Origin: an uncultured virus (IMG/VR IMGVR_UViG_3300046359_000084)
Taxonomy: Duplodnaviria > Heunggongvirae > Uroviricota > Caudoviricetes > Schitoviridae
IMG/VR virus record: IMGVR_UViG_3300046359_000084
Reading direction: 5' to 3' (one strand)
Length of the DNA stretch: 64,000 nucleotides
A model generated the notes under the pieces. That model was not told the origin of the DNA. It did not search any database and saw only the letters and a program-made list of their open reading frames with translations. Shown one piece after another: positions 41,747 through 51,038 of this stretch. Position numbers and translations under genes: made by a program. Numbering within the stretch: the first letter of the stretch is position 1; every line of letters begins with the position of its first letter.

Positions 41747-41971
41747 TTAATTATATTTATATTTTCTATTATTAAATACTTCATGTGAGTATTTATGTAT
41801 TCTTATATCATTTGATACAGATCTTCTGTTAAGAATTTCTGTTTCATAAGAATTAAGGTGTTGTTCTAAAAACAGTTGAATCAAAGAAAAACAGCTATCA
41901 TTGTATTTCGATAGCTGTTTTAATTTTCTTTTAGTTAATAGGTATTGGATCAATAATTCATTGTCATTCAT
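41747..41971 (-). CDS. Hypothetical protein
   Basis: 74-aa ORF. Confidence 0.45.
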   Translation of the reverse strand: MNDNELLIQYLLTKRKLKQLSKYNDSCFSLIQLFLEQHLNSYETEILNRRSVSNDIRIHKYSHEVFNNRKYKYN

Positions 41972-42605
41972 TATTAATTAATCCTTTTATTTCATTATAT
42001 GTATAAGTTTTTTTATCTATTATTAAATAGTATTCATTATTATTAAAATTATTAAAAGGTTTTACAAAGAAAATTACATTGTCTAAGATATATTCTAAAC
42101 ACTTAGTTTTATCTAAATACTCTTCGAGATCAGAAATATAGAGATCACTATACATAGTATATACATCTAAAAATTTCTTTATTATATTATTTTTTGTTAA
42201 TATAAGATACTTTTTAAAAATATATGTTAGAGGTAATGTTTTAGTAATATTAGATGTTAATATACCATCTAAATTATCTAATATTTTTTGATCTTCTTTA
42301 GAATCTAAAAGGTATATATTATTCTGATTAAATATTTTTAATGTTTCATAACAATAATCTATTTTAAATAATATGTGACTAGGATTATTAATAACTTCTC
42401 CAATAGTATTGAATCCTATTTCATCTGAATTAATTAAAGTATCAGAAAAACAAATATGATCTATTCTAGTTTTAATTATATTAAAATCAAATGGGTTATA
42501 ACATATTGGTTCAAACTCTTTTGTTGTAAAATTAAAAATTTTATTATCAATTAATGAATTTGTATAAAATTTTAATTTATAAGTTATTTTATTTCTGTCT
42601 ATCAT
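41964..42605 (-). CDS. Hypothetical protein
   Basis: 213-aa ORF. Confidence 0.55.
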   Translation of the reverse strand: MIDRNKITYKLKFYTNSLIDNKIFNFTTKEFEPICYNPFDFNIIKTRIDHICFSDTLINSDEIGFNTIGEVINNPSHILFKIDYCYETLKIFNQNNIYLLDSKEDQKILDNLDGILTSNITKTLPLTYIFKKYLILTKNNIIKKFLDVYTMYSDLYISDLEEYLDKTKCLEYILDNVIFFVKPFNNFNNNEYYLIIDKKTYTYNEIKGLINNE

Positions 42606-43030
42606 AGTTGATATTCTCCTGACGTGTAATTACTTGTTGCTATTCTAAACTTATAACCAAGTTTACAAAGTTTATTAATCATTGAATAATAATTCTTTTC
42701 AAAGTTATAGTTTGCTAAGTTTCTTAGTTTTATTTCATTTGGTTCAAGATAGTCTGCATCATTTAATAAACACGTTTGTTTAATAATGATACCATCTCCA
42801 TAATATGTTGATTCAAATGATATTTTATATAATAAGGTTTGAATTTCATAATCTTTATCATCACTATAAACTACATTTAATATTGATTTTAAATCATGAA
42901 ATAGATTACTCATTTGATCAGAATAATCATATTCATCTTCTGGATCAATATCTAACCATACAGCTTTAACATACTGTTCATGGTTATCTTTATCATAGTA
43001 TTTGTTTGTATAGTAACAACCTGCTCCCAT
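42602..43030 (-). CDS. Hypothetical protein
   Basis: 142 aa, MGAGCYY start and FRIATSNYTS end. Confidence 0.6.
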   Translation of the reverse strand: MGAGCYYTNKYYDKDNHEQYVKAVWLDIDPEDEYDYSDQMSNLFHDLKSILNVVYSDDKDYEIQTLLYKISFESTYYGDGIIIKQTCLLNDADYLEPNEIKLRNLANYNFEKNYYSMINKLCKLGYKFRIATSNYTSGEYQL

Positions 43031-43031
43031 A

Positions 43032-43286
43032 TTATTTATCCTTATTTGATTTATATTCCATCATTAACATTACAACAGTTATTATAGGTGTTACCGTTAT
43101 ACTTTCTATTAAAGTAAATTTTAACAAAGGTATAAAACTAACAGGTTTACTTTCTGTAAAATTTATTACATAAGGTAAATACTGAAAAGTAAACCAATAA
43201 AAACAATTTGTTAATCCTATAAACAAATATGCTAATACAAAACTAGCTAAAACAGTTGTTATTAGATTTATTATAAATTTACTCAT
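43032..43286 (-). CDS. Small membrane protein
   Basis: Two hydrophobic segments. Confidence 0.55.
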   Translation of the reverse strand: MSKFIINLITTVLASFVLAYLFIGLTNCFYWFTFQYLPYVINFTESKPVSFIPLLKFTLIESITVTPIITVVMLMMEYKSNKDK

Positions 43287-44055
43287 CTTTGATTACTTTC
43301 TTATTAAATAATTCAATTATTGATTTTTGATACTCATTTCCCATATAATTTATATGATAACCAGAACAATATATTCTACCTCGTTTGTCATATCTATGTG
43401 CTAGATAAAACTTATTACCTTGCATCATAAGATGACTATAAACATCATTAACTTCAGACATAAATTTATTAAGTCTTTGTTGTTTCTGGTTCACTTTTAA
43501 CTGTGTATCGTCTTTCTTTGGTTTAACTTTATTTTTAGTCTTATTAATATTATTAATACTAAGAGCAATCTTATTCATTTTATTAAGATGAGATAAACAT
43601 ACTTCATTATTATGATAATTTAATTTAGGTTTGAGTATTACACTTTCTGAACCAATATAACTATATGCACTATCATTGTTAGTTTTTAATGTTACTGGTT
43701 CAGTAGTCATTGGTAATGGATATATTAATGATTTAACTTTCTGTAATAAATCTGGTTTGAATTTATGTCTTACAATGAACCAATCACCATTATAATCTAC
43801 AAGATCTAGTTCTATTGCTTGTTCTAATAGATTAGCACATTCTTGTATGTTATCACATTGTGTCTGTAATACACCTACAAGTGTTTCTATATTAGCTATC
43901 TCAAATAAGTTCATCTGAACCAATAACATAAGACCAAATTTCTCTGGTATATTATTATCTTTTAAATAAGATATTAAATCTGGATTATTTAATGTATCCA
44001 ATAATAATTTAAATTTAAGTCTGTTATCAAATAGTTGTTCTAATTCATTGTCCAT
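43279..44055 (-). CDS. RNA polymerase II subunit 1 (N4 gp15-like)
   Basis: YPLPMTTEP, CLSHLNKMNKIAL, FYLAHRYDKRGRIYCSGYHINYMG. Confidence 0.93.
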   Translation of the reverse strand: MDNELEQLFDNRLKFKLLLDTLNNPDLISYLKDNNIPEKFGLMLLVQMNLFEIANIETLVGVLQTQCDNIQECANLLEQAIELDLVDYNGDWFIVRHKFKPDLLQKVKSLIYPLPMTTEPVTLKTNNDSAYSYIGSESVILKPKLNYHNNEVCLSHLNKMNKIALSINNINKTKNKVKPKKDDTQLKVNQKQQRLNKFMSEVNDVYSHLMMQGNKFYLAHRYDKRGRIYCSGYHINYMGNEYQKSIIELFNKKVIKDE

Positions 44056-44060
44056 ATTAT

Positions 44061-44597
44061 TTACTCCCAGTTGTATGATTCTAATGCTTTATCTACTTCT
44101 AACTCTAATTTATGTTTAAATAATACATCAGCTAAATCTACTGATGTAACATTTAGAATATGTTCATTTTTTGCGTCCATTAAACTAACAGATATTTCTA
44201 ATGTTGGATCATGTTCTTTTAAATAATCAAGTGCTGTAATAGGTGTAAATACTTTTTTACAGTATTCTTTTATTAAAGTTCTTGTTGTAAATTCTTTATC
44301 TATTAACTCTCGATTAATCATAGTTAAATGTATTGGATCAATATTTTTAATAAATATTTTATTGTCCCAAGGAATATGTTTAAAGAATTTTGTTTCACTT
44401 TTTAAAAACATAACTAATTTATCTAATTTATATGTATTCATTTTATGTTCTACCAATTCTTTAATGTACCAATTAAAATTATCTGTATTATCTATTTCAT
44501 AAGTTGTACCTTTACGAGTGTATGTTAATTTAGCATATGGATCATATCCATCATTCGATAATAGATTAATAAGTTCTTCTAGTGAGATTGTTTCCAT
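44061..44597 (-). CDS. Hypothetical early protein
   Basis: 178 aa; ALDYLKEHDPTLEISV...LADVL. Confidence 0.55.
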   Translation of the reverse strand: METISLEELINLLSNDGYDPYAKLTYTRKGTTYEIDNTDNFNWYIKELVEHKMNTYKLDKLVMFLKSETKFFKHIPWDNKIFIKNIDPIHLTMINRELIDKEFTTRTLIKEYCKKVFTPITALDYLKEHDPTLEISVSLMDAKNEHILNVTSVDLADVLFKHKLELEVDKALESYNWE

Positions 44598-44668
44598 TCT
44601 TTAGGTATCCTTTAGGTATTTTTTTATAAATTTAAGGTGTTAATCTTTAGGTTACTATCTGTTTTTAC

Positions 44669-44706
44669 AAAAAAAAATCAACAACACAGATTTCTCTATG
44701 TTGTTG
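44669..44706 (-). terminator. Intrinsic terminator after the gp2-like gene
   Basis: On the - strand CAACAACATAGA-GAAA-TCTGTGTTGTTG followed by A and a T9 run. Confidence 0.85.
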
Positions 44707-44779
44707 TTTAGTGTATGTTTAGGTATTTTTGTAAAATATTAAAAATCTAGTCTTTAGGTTTTGATATATAAAGTTGAGC

Positions 44780-45202
44780 TTAAATTAGATCAATAAATTC
44801 ATCTTCATTTTCAATAATTTGAGCTTCTTTTGGTAATTCTTTGTAGAATTGTACATTCAATTTTGAATCATAAGTTGGATTATTATTGTCTAAAGTTGAC
44901 ATTTGTTTTTCGATTGCTTTAATAAGATTTCTCTTTTTAACACTCAATGGTGATAAAGATTTACCACTCATTAAATATTTATAATTAGTAGAGTTTTGAA
45001 TCATATCTAATGATATATTAATTGGTAAACTAATGAATTGTTCTTCTTCTATTCCATCTTCATTCTCTACCATTGTTATGATACCAATATTTAACCAAAT
45101 GTTATTCTTTGGTTCAGTTGTTGGTTTAACATCTTCTGTATTGAATATGTTAAATGCTTTATTGATGTCTGCTGTTCTGTTTGTTTTTGAAATGTAAGCC
45201 AT
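44780..45202 (-). CDS. N4 gp2-like ssDNA-binding activator of middle transcription
   Basis: WLNIG...FISLPINISLD...RNL motifs; early-region position; AGGAG RBS. Confidence 0.75.
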   Translation of the reverse strand: MAYISKTNRTADINKAFNIFNTEDVKPTTEPKNNIWLNIGIITMVENEDGIEEEQFISLPINISLDMIQNSTNYKYLMSGKSLSPLSVKKRNLIKAIEKQMSTLDNNNPTYDSKLNVQFYKELPKEAQIIENEDEFIDLI

Positions 45203-45255
45203 ATAATTTCTCCTGAGATATAGCTGAGTTATTGATTGGTATTATAAAACACCAC

Positions 45256-45283
45256 AAAACACATATAATTATATATGTGCTTT
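45256..45283 (-). terminator. Probable terminator hairpin
   Basis: Stem CACATATA/TATATGTG with a T-rich tail on the - strand. Confidence 0.45.
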
Positions 45284-45297
45284 AGCTGATATTTTAC

Positions 45298-45501
45298 TTA
45301 TATTTGAACCACATAATTAATGAATTTATCTGGCATATTTTCACAATCATATTTTGTATCAGAATGATTAATTACTCTGATACAATCACCATAACTGTTT
45401 GTATGTACTTCTGGTAATGAGAAGTAATTTATTACATTGTAAGCTACTATTAATACTAATGATATTGTAATTCCTGTTGTTATTAATAATTGTTTGTTCA
45501 T
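45298..45501 (-). CDS. Early membrane-anchored protein (67 aa; start MNKQLL)
   Basis: TM segment followed by LPEVH...CIRV...CENMP; the longer ORF-track start overlaps another small ORF. Confidence 0.55.
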   Translation of the reverse strand: MNKQLLITTGITISLVLIVAYNVINYFSLPEVHTNSYGDCIRVINHSDTKYDCENMPDKFINYVVQI

Positions 45502-45502
45502 G

Positions 45503-45622
45503 TTATTTACTTTCATTTGTTGATTGATTATCTGATCCAAAGTCTGATGAATATGCTTCATCTTCTGGTTCAGTTGATAATAAGTTTTGTACAAGTTCTA
45601 CTGGAATTTTATTATTTTGCAT
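45503..45622 (-). CDS. Small early protein (39 aa, not in ORF track)
   Basis: AAGGAG RBS; MQNNKIPVELVQNLLSTEPEDEAYSSDFGSDNQSTNESK. Confidence 0.4.
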   Translation of the reverse strand: MQNNKIPVELVQNLLSTEPEDEAYSSDFGSDNQSTNESK

Positions 45623-45776
45623 ACATATCTCCTTTAAGGATTGTTTGTATATCTGTAATTGCTTGTTCTATAACATCACTGATATGATCTGGTTCTGGTA
45701 TAGGTTTACGAGATAGATTCAAATGAGTTTGAACCAGTGATCTATCTTCTTGGATTGTTGTTTCATAATGTAACAT
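45612..45776 (-). CDS. Small early protein (54 aa, not in ORF track)
   Basis: AGGAG RBS; MLHYETTIQEDRSLVQTHLNLSRKPIPEPDH...; first gene after hairpin promoter P2. Confidence 0.55.
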   Translation of the reverse strand: MLHYETTIQEDRSLVQTHLNLSRKPIPEPDHISDVIEQAITDIQTILKGDMYAK

Positions 45777-45836
45777 ATATATTCTCCTGTTGTTATATGT
45801 TGTTAATTATATTTGCAGTAAGGTAAATTATTATTA

Positions 45837-45856
45837 CCACAAGTCAGCTTGCTGAC
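45837..45856 (-). promoter_or_regulatory. Putative vRNAP hairpin promoter P2 (template = + strand)
   Basis: CC-ACAA-GTCAG-CTTG-CTGAC: N4-type geometry of CC, 4-nt spacer and 5-bp stem. Confidence 0.75.
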
Positions 45857-45945
45857 AACAATGATGACACATAGATAATCTTTAAGATACACTAGATAAA
45901 TAGCTTACTTACGCAATCTATATACTATCCAATGTGTTATGTGTT

Positions 45946-45978
45946 AAAAAAGTTAGACTAGAGATTGCTCTCTAGTCT
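45946..45978 (-). terminator. Intrinsic terminator after the gp1-like gene
   Basis: On the - strand AGACTAGAGA-GCAA-TCTCTAGTCT followed by AAC and T6. Confidence 0.85.
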
Positions 45979-45989
45979 TTAGTATATGT

Positions 45990-46298
45990 TTAGGCTTTGA
46001 TGCGTAGAAGTTCATCGAATTGTAGAAGTTCTAGTGCCATGTTAAAAGTATTTTGTTCTTTTTCTTTTAAATCAAGGACTTCTTTGTATGTTTGTTGTAC
46101 TGTTGCTACCAATTCTTTACGATGATTGGTGACAAGAGTATCAATGTCTGCTTGCTTATTTACAAGCTGACTATGTTTATGACGTTCTATGACATTTGCT
46201 GCCATAGTGATTCCATCATTGATCATATTGAATGCTGATCCAACTGATGTAAGAGTCTGTACAGTTGTAGATTGGAATGATTTAAAGATACCTGACAT
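45990..46298 (-). CDS. First early gene, N4 gp1-like (102 aa; start MSGIF)
   Basis: AGGAG RBS before ATG 46298; lies between P1 and the first terminator. Confidence 0.65.
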   Translation of the reverse strand: MSGIFKSFQSTTVQTLTSVGSAFNMINDGITMAANVIERHKHSQLVNKQADIDTLVTNHRKELVATVQQTYKEVLDLKEKEQNTFNMALELLQFDELLRIKA

Positions 46299-46330
46299 GG
46301 TATGTTCTCCTATATTGTTAGGCATGATTG

Positions 46331-46350
46331 CCACTGGTATGCTTGCATAC
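46331..46350 (-). promoter_or_regulatory. Putative vRNAP hairpin promoter P1 (template = + strand)
   Basis: CC-ACTG-GTATG-CTTG-CATAC, same architecture as the 45837 site. Confidence 0.75.
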
Positions 46351-46511
46351 TGTGTTATACGATGTATAGGGGGGGGATATAATTTATTTGTATATATACC
46401 TCCCTAGGAGGAACACTCTGCATATAAACCTATATTCTATAGAAAATTAATAATAAAAAATATTAGATATTTACACTCTATACTTATCACTATATTATAT
46501 AGATTTCACAC

Positions 46512-46544
46512 AAAAAAATACCTAGTAATTTATTTTACTAGGTA
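46512..46544 (-). terminator. Intrinsic terminator
   Basis: Stem TACCTAGTAA/TTACTAGGTA followed by T7 on the - strand. Confidence 0.75.
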
Positions 46545-46598
46545 GAAGTTTATCCATAACAATCTAGGAGAATAAATTATCTTAACATACATTATTAA

Positions 46599-46850
46599 TT
46601 ATAAACAGTAAATATTATCAAATTGTTTTACTGGTTCAACATGAGTTAATTGCAACAACATAATATTACTTTTAATGGATATTTTTGAGTAGGTAAATAT
46701 TTTATAATTGTAGTAGATTATTAATCTATAACCATCATTAATATCTAAGATATAATTATGTATGTCATAGGATAATAGATAATCTTTAAACTCAGATAGT
46801 TTATTAAAATCAATGTTTATTATAGTTTTTACATCTTCATCTTGTAACAC
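46599..46850 (-). CDS. Hypothetical protein
   Basis: 83 aa, GTG start with GGAG RBS. Confidence 0.5.
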   Translation of the reverse strand: MLQDEDVKTIINIDFNKLSEFKDYLLSYDIHNYILDINDGYRLIIYYNYKIFTYSKISIKSNIMLLQLTHVEPVKQFDNIYCL

Positions 46851-46854
46851 TGTA

Positions 46855-47130
46855 TTACTCCAATAATGAATCTTTAATATATTCTTGTACGTTAAATAGT
46901 ATAAGACTTAATATAGACTTATTCATTAATGAATGATTATAGAATGGTAACCCATCTTTAGTAAATCCACAAACAATAATATTTTCTATATCTCTACTAG
47001 GTAATGTATTAATAATTCTATCAGCAGATTCTTGTTCTTTATTGTTTGGTTCAAAAAGGATAAGATTACTATTCTTTAACTTAACTGTGCAGTTATAGTT
47101 TTGTTTCATATATTGTTTTGTATGGATCAT
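46855..47130 (-). CDS. Hypothetical protein
   Basis: 91 aa, IIVCGFTKDG motif. Confidence 0.5.
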   Translation of the reverse strand: MIHTKQYMKQNYNCTVKLKNSNLILFEPNNKEQESADRIINTLPSRDIENIIVCGFTKDGLPFYNHSLMNKSILSLILFNVQEYIKDSLLE

Positions 47131-47153
47131 TATATTTTTACTATGATAATTAA

Positions 47154-47393
47154 CTAATACTCTAGTTCTAAATAATGAGTTACCTCTGGTGGATTAGAGT
47201 ACATATCTGCATCTAGTCTAACTTTCATTTCTTTCTTTATGTTCTTTGGATTATGGTCGTATAATTCCTCTTCAGAGATATAACCTGTAGAATAGAATGT
47301 ACCTCCTTTTTTATTTTTACCGTAAAATAAATAAGGTGTGTTAATTTTTAAATCTTTAATAGATTTGTATTCTGTAAGTTTATTTGGTTTCAT
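47154..47393 (-). CDS. Hypothetical protein
   Basis: 79 aa ending VTHYLEL (DUF551-like tail). Confidence 0.5.
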   Translation of the reverse strand: MKPNKLTEYKSIKDLKINTPYLFYGKNKKGGTFYSTGYISEEELYDHNPKNIKKEMKVRLDADMYSNPPEVTHYLELEY

Positions 47394-47730
47394 TAATGAG
47401 ATTCCTTATATATTCTATAAATGATAGTTTGATAAATCCTTGTCCATCAAATAATGATACCACTTTATCTTTATCTTTGTAAAATAAATTGTATGATGTT
47501 ATAACATTATTTAGTGAAAACAAATCAATGGGAATATTAAATAATAGTTTATCAGAATAAGTTTTTGTATCAGTATGTACTAAGGATAATGTCTTATTGT
47601 TTGGTTCAAGAAAGATATATGTTATAATATCTTTTAGTTCTGGTTCATAAGCTAATTCTCTTAAGAAATGTGATACTCCATTTAAATAGTTACCTTGATA
47701 TTTTATGAGTGTTTGTAAATCTACTTGCAT
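47380..47730 (-). CDS. Hypothetical protein
   Basis: 116 aa with AGGA RBS. Confidence 0.55.
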   Translation of the reverse strand: MQVDLQTLIKYQGNYLNGVSHFLRELAYEPELKDIITYIFLEPNNKTLSLVHTDTKTYSDKLLFNIPIDLFSLNNVITSYNLFYKDKDKVVSLFDGQGFIKLSFIEYIRNLINETK

Positions 47731-47781
47731 TATTTTTCCTGTTGAGTAATACTAACTTAAATAGTATAGGAAAATTATTAT

Positions 47782-48462
47782 ATGTTGTCAAAAGAAGATA
47801 TTGAAAGATCTTTACCTACACAAGTTAAGTTACATATTAATGATGAGTTTGTAAGATTATTTAATGAAGTATCTGATAATCCTATTGTAGCAGAAGAAAT
47901 TAGAAATAACTTTGTATCTTATTCAACAGTAGTAAGAGATGGTCAGTTTAAAGTATTAGATTATTTTAATGCTGTGAAATATGTTAGTTATAAGATATTA
48001 GGGTATAGTAATAAAGATAGTTATAAACTTACATTCCCAGAAAGATACCAGAATTTAATAGCAGAAGGTGTATCAGATAAAGATATATCTTCTTATGTTG
48101 CTGCTTATAATAAAAATAAGTTAGTTAATCTTATTCTGGATCAAACACTAATACCTGTTCATGTTTTAAATGCTAATATATACCAGCAAGCTATTAATGT
48201 TCAAGCTGATCTTATGTTTACAGCTAAGTCTGATAAAGTAAAATGTGATGCAGCTAATAGTTTATTAACACATTTAAAGAGACCAGAAACAAAACAGATT
48301 GAATTACAGATCGGTACTAAAGATAGCAGTGATCTTAAAGATTTAAAAGAAACATTAAGACAATTAGCTTCTGCACAGATGCAACAAATTAATAATGGTA
48401 GTAGTGCTAAAGATGTAGCTAGACAATCTATTATTGATGTTACACCAAAAGAGATAAGTTGA
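47782..48462 (+). CDS. Terminase small subunit (N4 gp69-like)
   Basis: YFNAVKYVSYK, TFPERY, YQQAINVQA, DAANSLLTHLKRPE; directly before the large subunit. Confidence 0.8.
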   Translation: MLSKEDIERSLPTQVKLHINDEFVRLFNEVSDNPIVAEEIRNNFVSYSTVVRDGQFKVLDYFNAVKYVSYKILGYSNKDSYKLTFPERYQNLIAEGVSDKDISSYVAAYNKNKLVNLILDQTLIPVHVLNANIYQQAINVQADLMFTAKSDKVKCDAANSLLTHLKRPETKQIELQIGTKDSSDLKDLKETLRQLASAQMQQINNGSSAKDVARQSIIDVTPKEIS

Positions 48463-48463
48463 T

Positions 48464-50059
48464 ATGATTAAACCAATAAGTGTTGATGAGTATTTAAATA
48501 ACATTGATTATCGAGATCTGAATGATAATTATATTCCTTCAGAATATGTACTTAAATATTTATCTTATATGAAATTAATTACTAAAGATAATCCTGAATC
48601 GCACCCTACTCCAATAATACATTTAAAAATGTTAGATGCAATTATACAATCTAAAGGATTAGATATAATTAATTTAGTGTTTCGTGGTTCAGGTAAGACA
48701 TCATTGTTTTGTGAGTTCTTTTTACCTATCTTAGCAATAGAAGAAGAGTTACCTAACTTTGGAGAAGTTACTGGCGTATTATCTATTAATGATACTATGG
48801 AGAATGGAGCTAAGTCTTTAAGAAAGAATATGGAATCACGTTATGATAAATCTCCATTCTTACAAGAGTGGTTACCTAAAGTTATATTTACTGATCCATA
48901 TATAGAGTTTACTAATAAAAGAGGACATCAATTAGGTATTAACTTGTTTGGTGTTACAAGCAGTATTCGTGGTAAAAAGATGTTTGGTAAACGCCCACAG
49001 ATTGCAATACTTGATGATTTGATTTCTGATAAGAACAGTCAATCAACTACAATTATGCAAGATATAAATGATACAGTTTATAAGAGTCTTGAACCAGCAT
49101 TAGATATGTCACAGAAAAAGATTATATGGAATGGTACTCCGTTTAATAAAGAAGATCCATTATATAAAGCAGCAGAATCTGGAGCATATTATGTTAATGT
49201 GTTTCCTGTTTGTGAGAAGTTTCCTTGTGATAAACAAGACTTTAAAGGAGCATGGGAAGAAAGATTTAGTTATGATGCACTGTTAAAGACATATAATAAA
49301 TTATCTTTAAATGGGCAATCAGGGGCATTTCAACAAGAAATGATGTTAAGAATATCATCACCAGAAGATAGATTGATCCAAGATAATGAGATTCGTTGGT
49401 TCAGTAGAGTGGATTTGTTAAAGCAAAAATATAATTTTAATTTTTATATAACAACAGACTTTGCTACATCGGAAAAGAAAACAGCAGATTATAATGTTAT
49501 ATCTGTTTGGGCTTATAGTAATAATGGAGATTATTTCTGGGTAGATGGTATTTGTAAAAGACAGACTGTAGATGTTTCGATTGATCAGTTATTTGATTTT
49601 TGTCAGGAATATAAACCACAAACTGTAGGTATTGAGAGATCAGGACAACAAGGAGGATTTATATCTTGGATCGAAAAGGAACAGATGAGAAGAAATGTAT
49701 TTTTTAATATAGCTAGACAGAAGGGTAAAACAGAATTAGGTATTTACCCCACAGGGGATAAGTTAAGTAGGTTTAATTTAGTAGTACCATTGTTTAGACA
49801 AGGTAAGATACATTTTCCTACTGAATTAAAAGAAACTACTACTGTATCAGAATTTCTAAGTGAAATTAATTTAGCTACAATTAATGGATTAAAGGGTAAA
49901 GATGATTGTTTAGATACAATATCTATGTTACAAGAAATGAATATGATTAAACCTTCATTAGATAGTAACACTAGAAAAAGTGATAATAGTAACAATATTT
50001 ATTTTGACAATAGTTTTGAAGATGAGTACAATCAAATAAATTCATATATAGTAGATTGA
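48464..50059 (+). CDS. Terminase large subunit (N4 gp68-like)
   Basis: FRGSGKT, ILDDL, NGTPF, ITTDFATS, KDDCLDTIS. Confidence 0.95.
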   Translation: MIKPISVDEYLNNIDYRDLNDNYIPSEYVLKYLSYMKLITKDNPESHPTPIIHLKMLDAIIQSKGLDIINLVFRGSGKTSLFCEFFLPILAIEEELPNFGEVTGVLSINDTMENGAKSLRKNMESRYDKSPFLQEWLPKVIFTDPYIEFTNKRGHQLGINLFGVTSSIRGKKMFGKRPQIAILDDLISDKNSQSTTIMQDINDTVYKSLEPALDMSQKKIIWNGTPFNKEDPLYKAAESGAYYVNVFPVCEKFPCDKQDFKGAWEERFSYDALLKTYNKLSLNGQSGAFQQEMMLRISSPEDRLIQDNEIRWFSRVDLLKQKYNFNFYITTDFATSEKKTADYNVISVWAYSNNGDYFWVDGICKRQTVDVSIDQLFDFCQEYKPQTVGIERSGQQGGFISWIEKEQMRRNVFFNIARQKGKTELGIYPTGDKLSRFNLVVPLFRQGKIHFPTELKETTTVSEFLSEINLATINGLKGKDDCLDTISMLQEMNMIKPSLDSNTRKSDNSNNIYFDNSFEDEYNQINSYIVD

Positions 50060-50757
50060 TAATGTTAGCTAAAGACTTCTTAAAACAATTAGCTCTTACA
50101 CGATTAAAGAATACAGCTGCTGTAGATCTTAATCAAACTACTGGATTTAAAACAAATTTTATTGATCAATTAATTGTTTATACAAACGAAGCATTAACAA
50201 ACTTATATTCAGAATATTATTTGTTAAAGAAGTCTGTGTTGCTAAAGTTATTCCCTCCTTATACCGAATATTATTTACGCAAAGAATATGCTTTAAGTGA
50301 TCCAACAGTTGTTACAAATAAATACATACAAGATACTGTTCATGCTCCATTTTATCCTTATATAATAAAGATAGTTAATATATTTGATCAGTATGGGTGT
50401 GACTTATTAATCAATGATAGATTAAATTGTTCATCTGTTCATACTATTTCATTTGACTGTGTTCAGTTTAGTCATTTAAATATTGGAGATTATTTCTCTG
50501 TAGTTTATTTAGCTGATCATATTCCTTTATCTCTTGGTTCAATAAATACAGATATTATATCACTACCTCCTATTATGTATGAGATGTTAAAATATTTAAT
50601 AGCTAGTAAATATTATTTAGACTTGGGTAAGAATAGTGCAGAAGCACAAAACAATTTAGTACAATACACTGAATTAGGTAATAAGATTATTCGTAGTAAT
50701 TTAACACCAGACTTTCAAGATAGTAATTATCATTTAGAACAAAAAGGATTTGTATAA
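50056..50757 (+). CDS. Head-tail adaptor (N4 gp67-like)
   Basis: YTNEALTNLYSEY, VVYLADH, C-terminal LEQKGFV; follows terminase. Confidence 0.7.
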   Translation: MIMLAKDFLKQLALTRLKNTAAVDLNQTTGFKTNFIDQLIVYTNEALTNLYSEYYLLKKSVLLKLFPPYTEYYLRKEYALSDPTVVTNKYIQDTVHAPFYPYIIKIVNIFDQYGCDLLINDRLNCSSVHTISFDCVQFSHLNIGDYFSVVYLADHIPLSLGSINTDIISLPPIMYEMLKYLIASKYYLDLGKNSAEAQNNLVQYTELGNKIIRSNLTPDFQDSNYHLEQKGFV

Positions 50758-51026
50758 TGAGTTGGGAACGTACAAAAAGTTTATCATTAGTAAATGGAGT
50801 AGCTCAAGATACTCTAGTAGACGATTATGAATTGTACATACGAGCAGATCCAAATAATGCTGTTACAGTTTTATTAAAAATGAAACCTAATGATATAAAT
50901 GATACAGTGTTTGGTGTTATTTCAGCTGAAATTCCTGCTGGACAGTTATGGGTTGCTGGATCAAAATTAATTCGTGGTGATTTACAAGTTACTGGTGGTA
51001 ATGCTTATGCAGTATTACGTTATTAA
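50757..51026 (+). CDS. Small virion-associated beta-rich protein
   Basis: 89-aa ORF in the tail block. Confidence 0.5.
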   Translation: MSWERTKSLSLVNGVAQDTLVDDYELYIRADPNNAVTVLLKMKPNDINDTVFGVISAEIPAGQLWVAGSKLIRGDLQVTGGNAYAVLRY

Positions 51027-51038
51027 TATAGAGATAGT

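Noticed and set aside
45252..45283. CCACAA followed by a hairpin as a third vRNAP promoter
   Set aside because: Lacks the GT..G-CTTG-C..AC stem-loop and fits a terminator better
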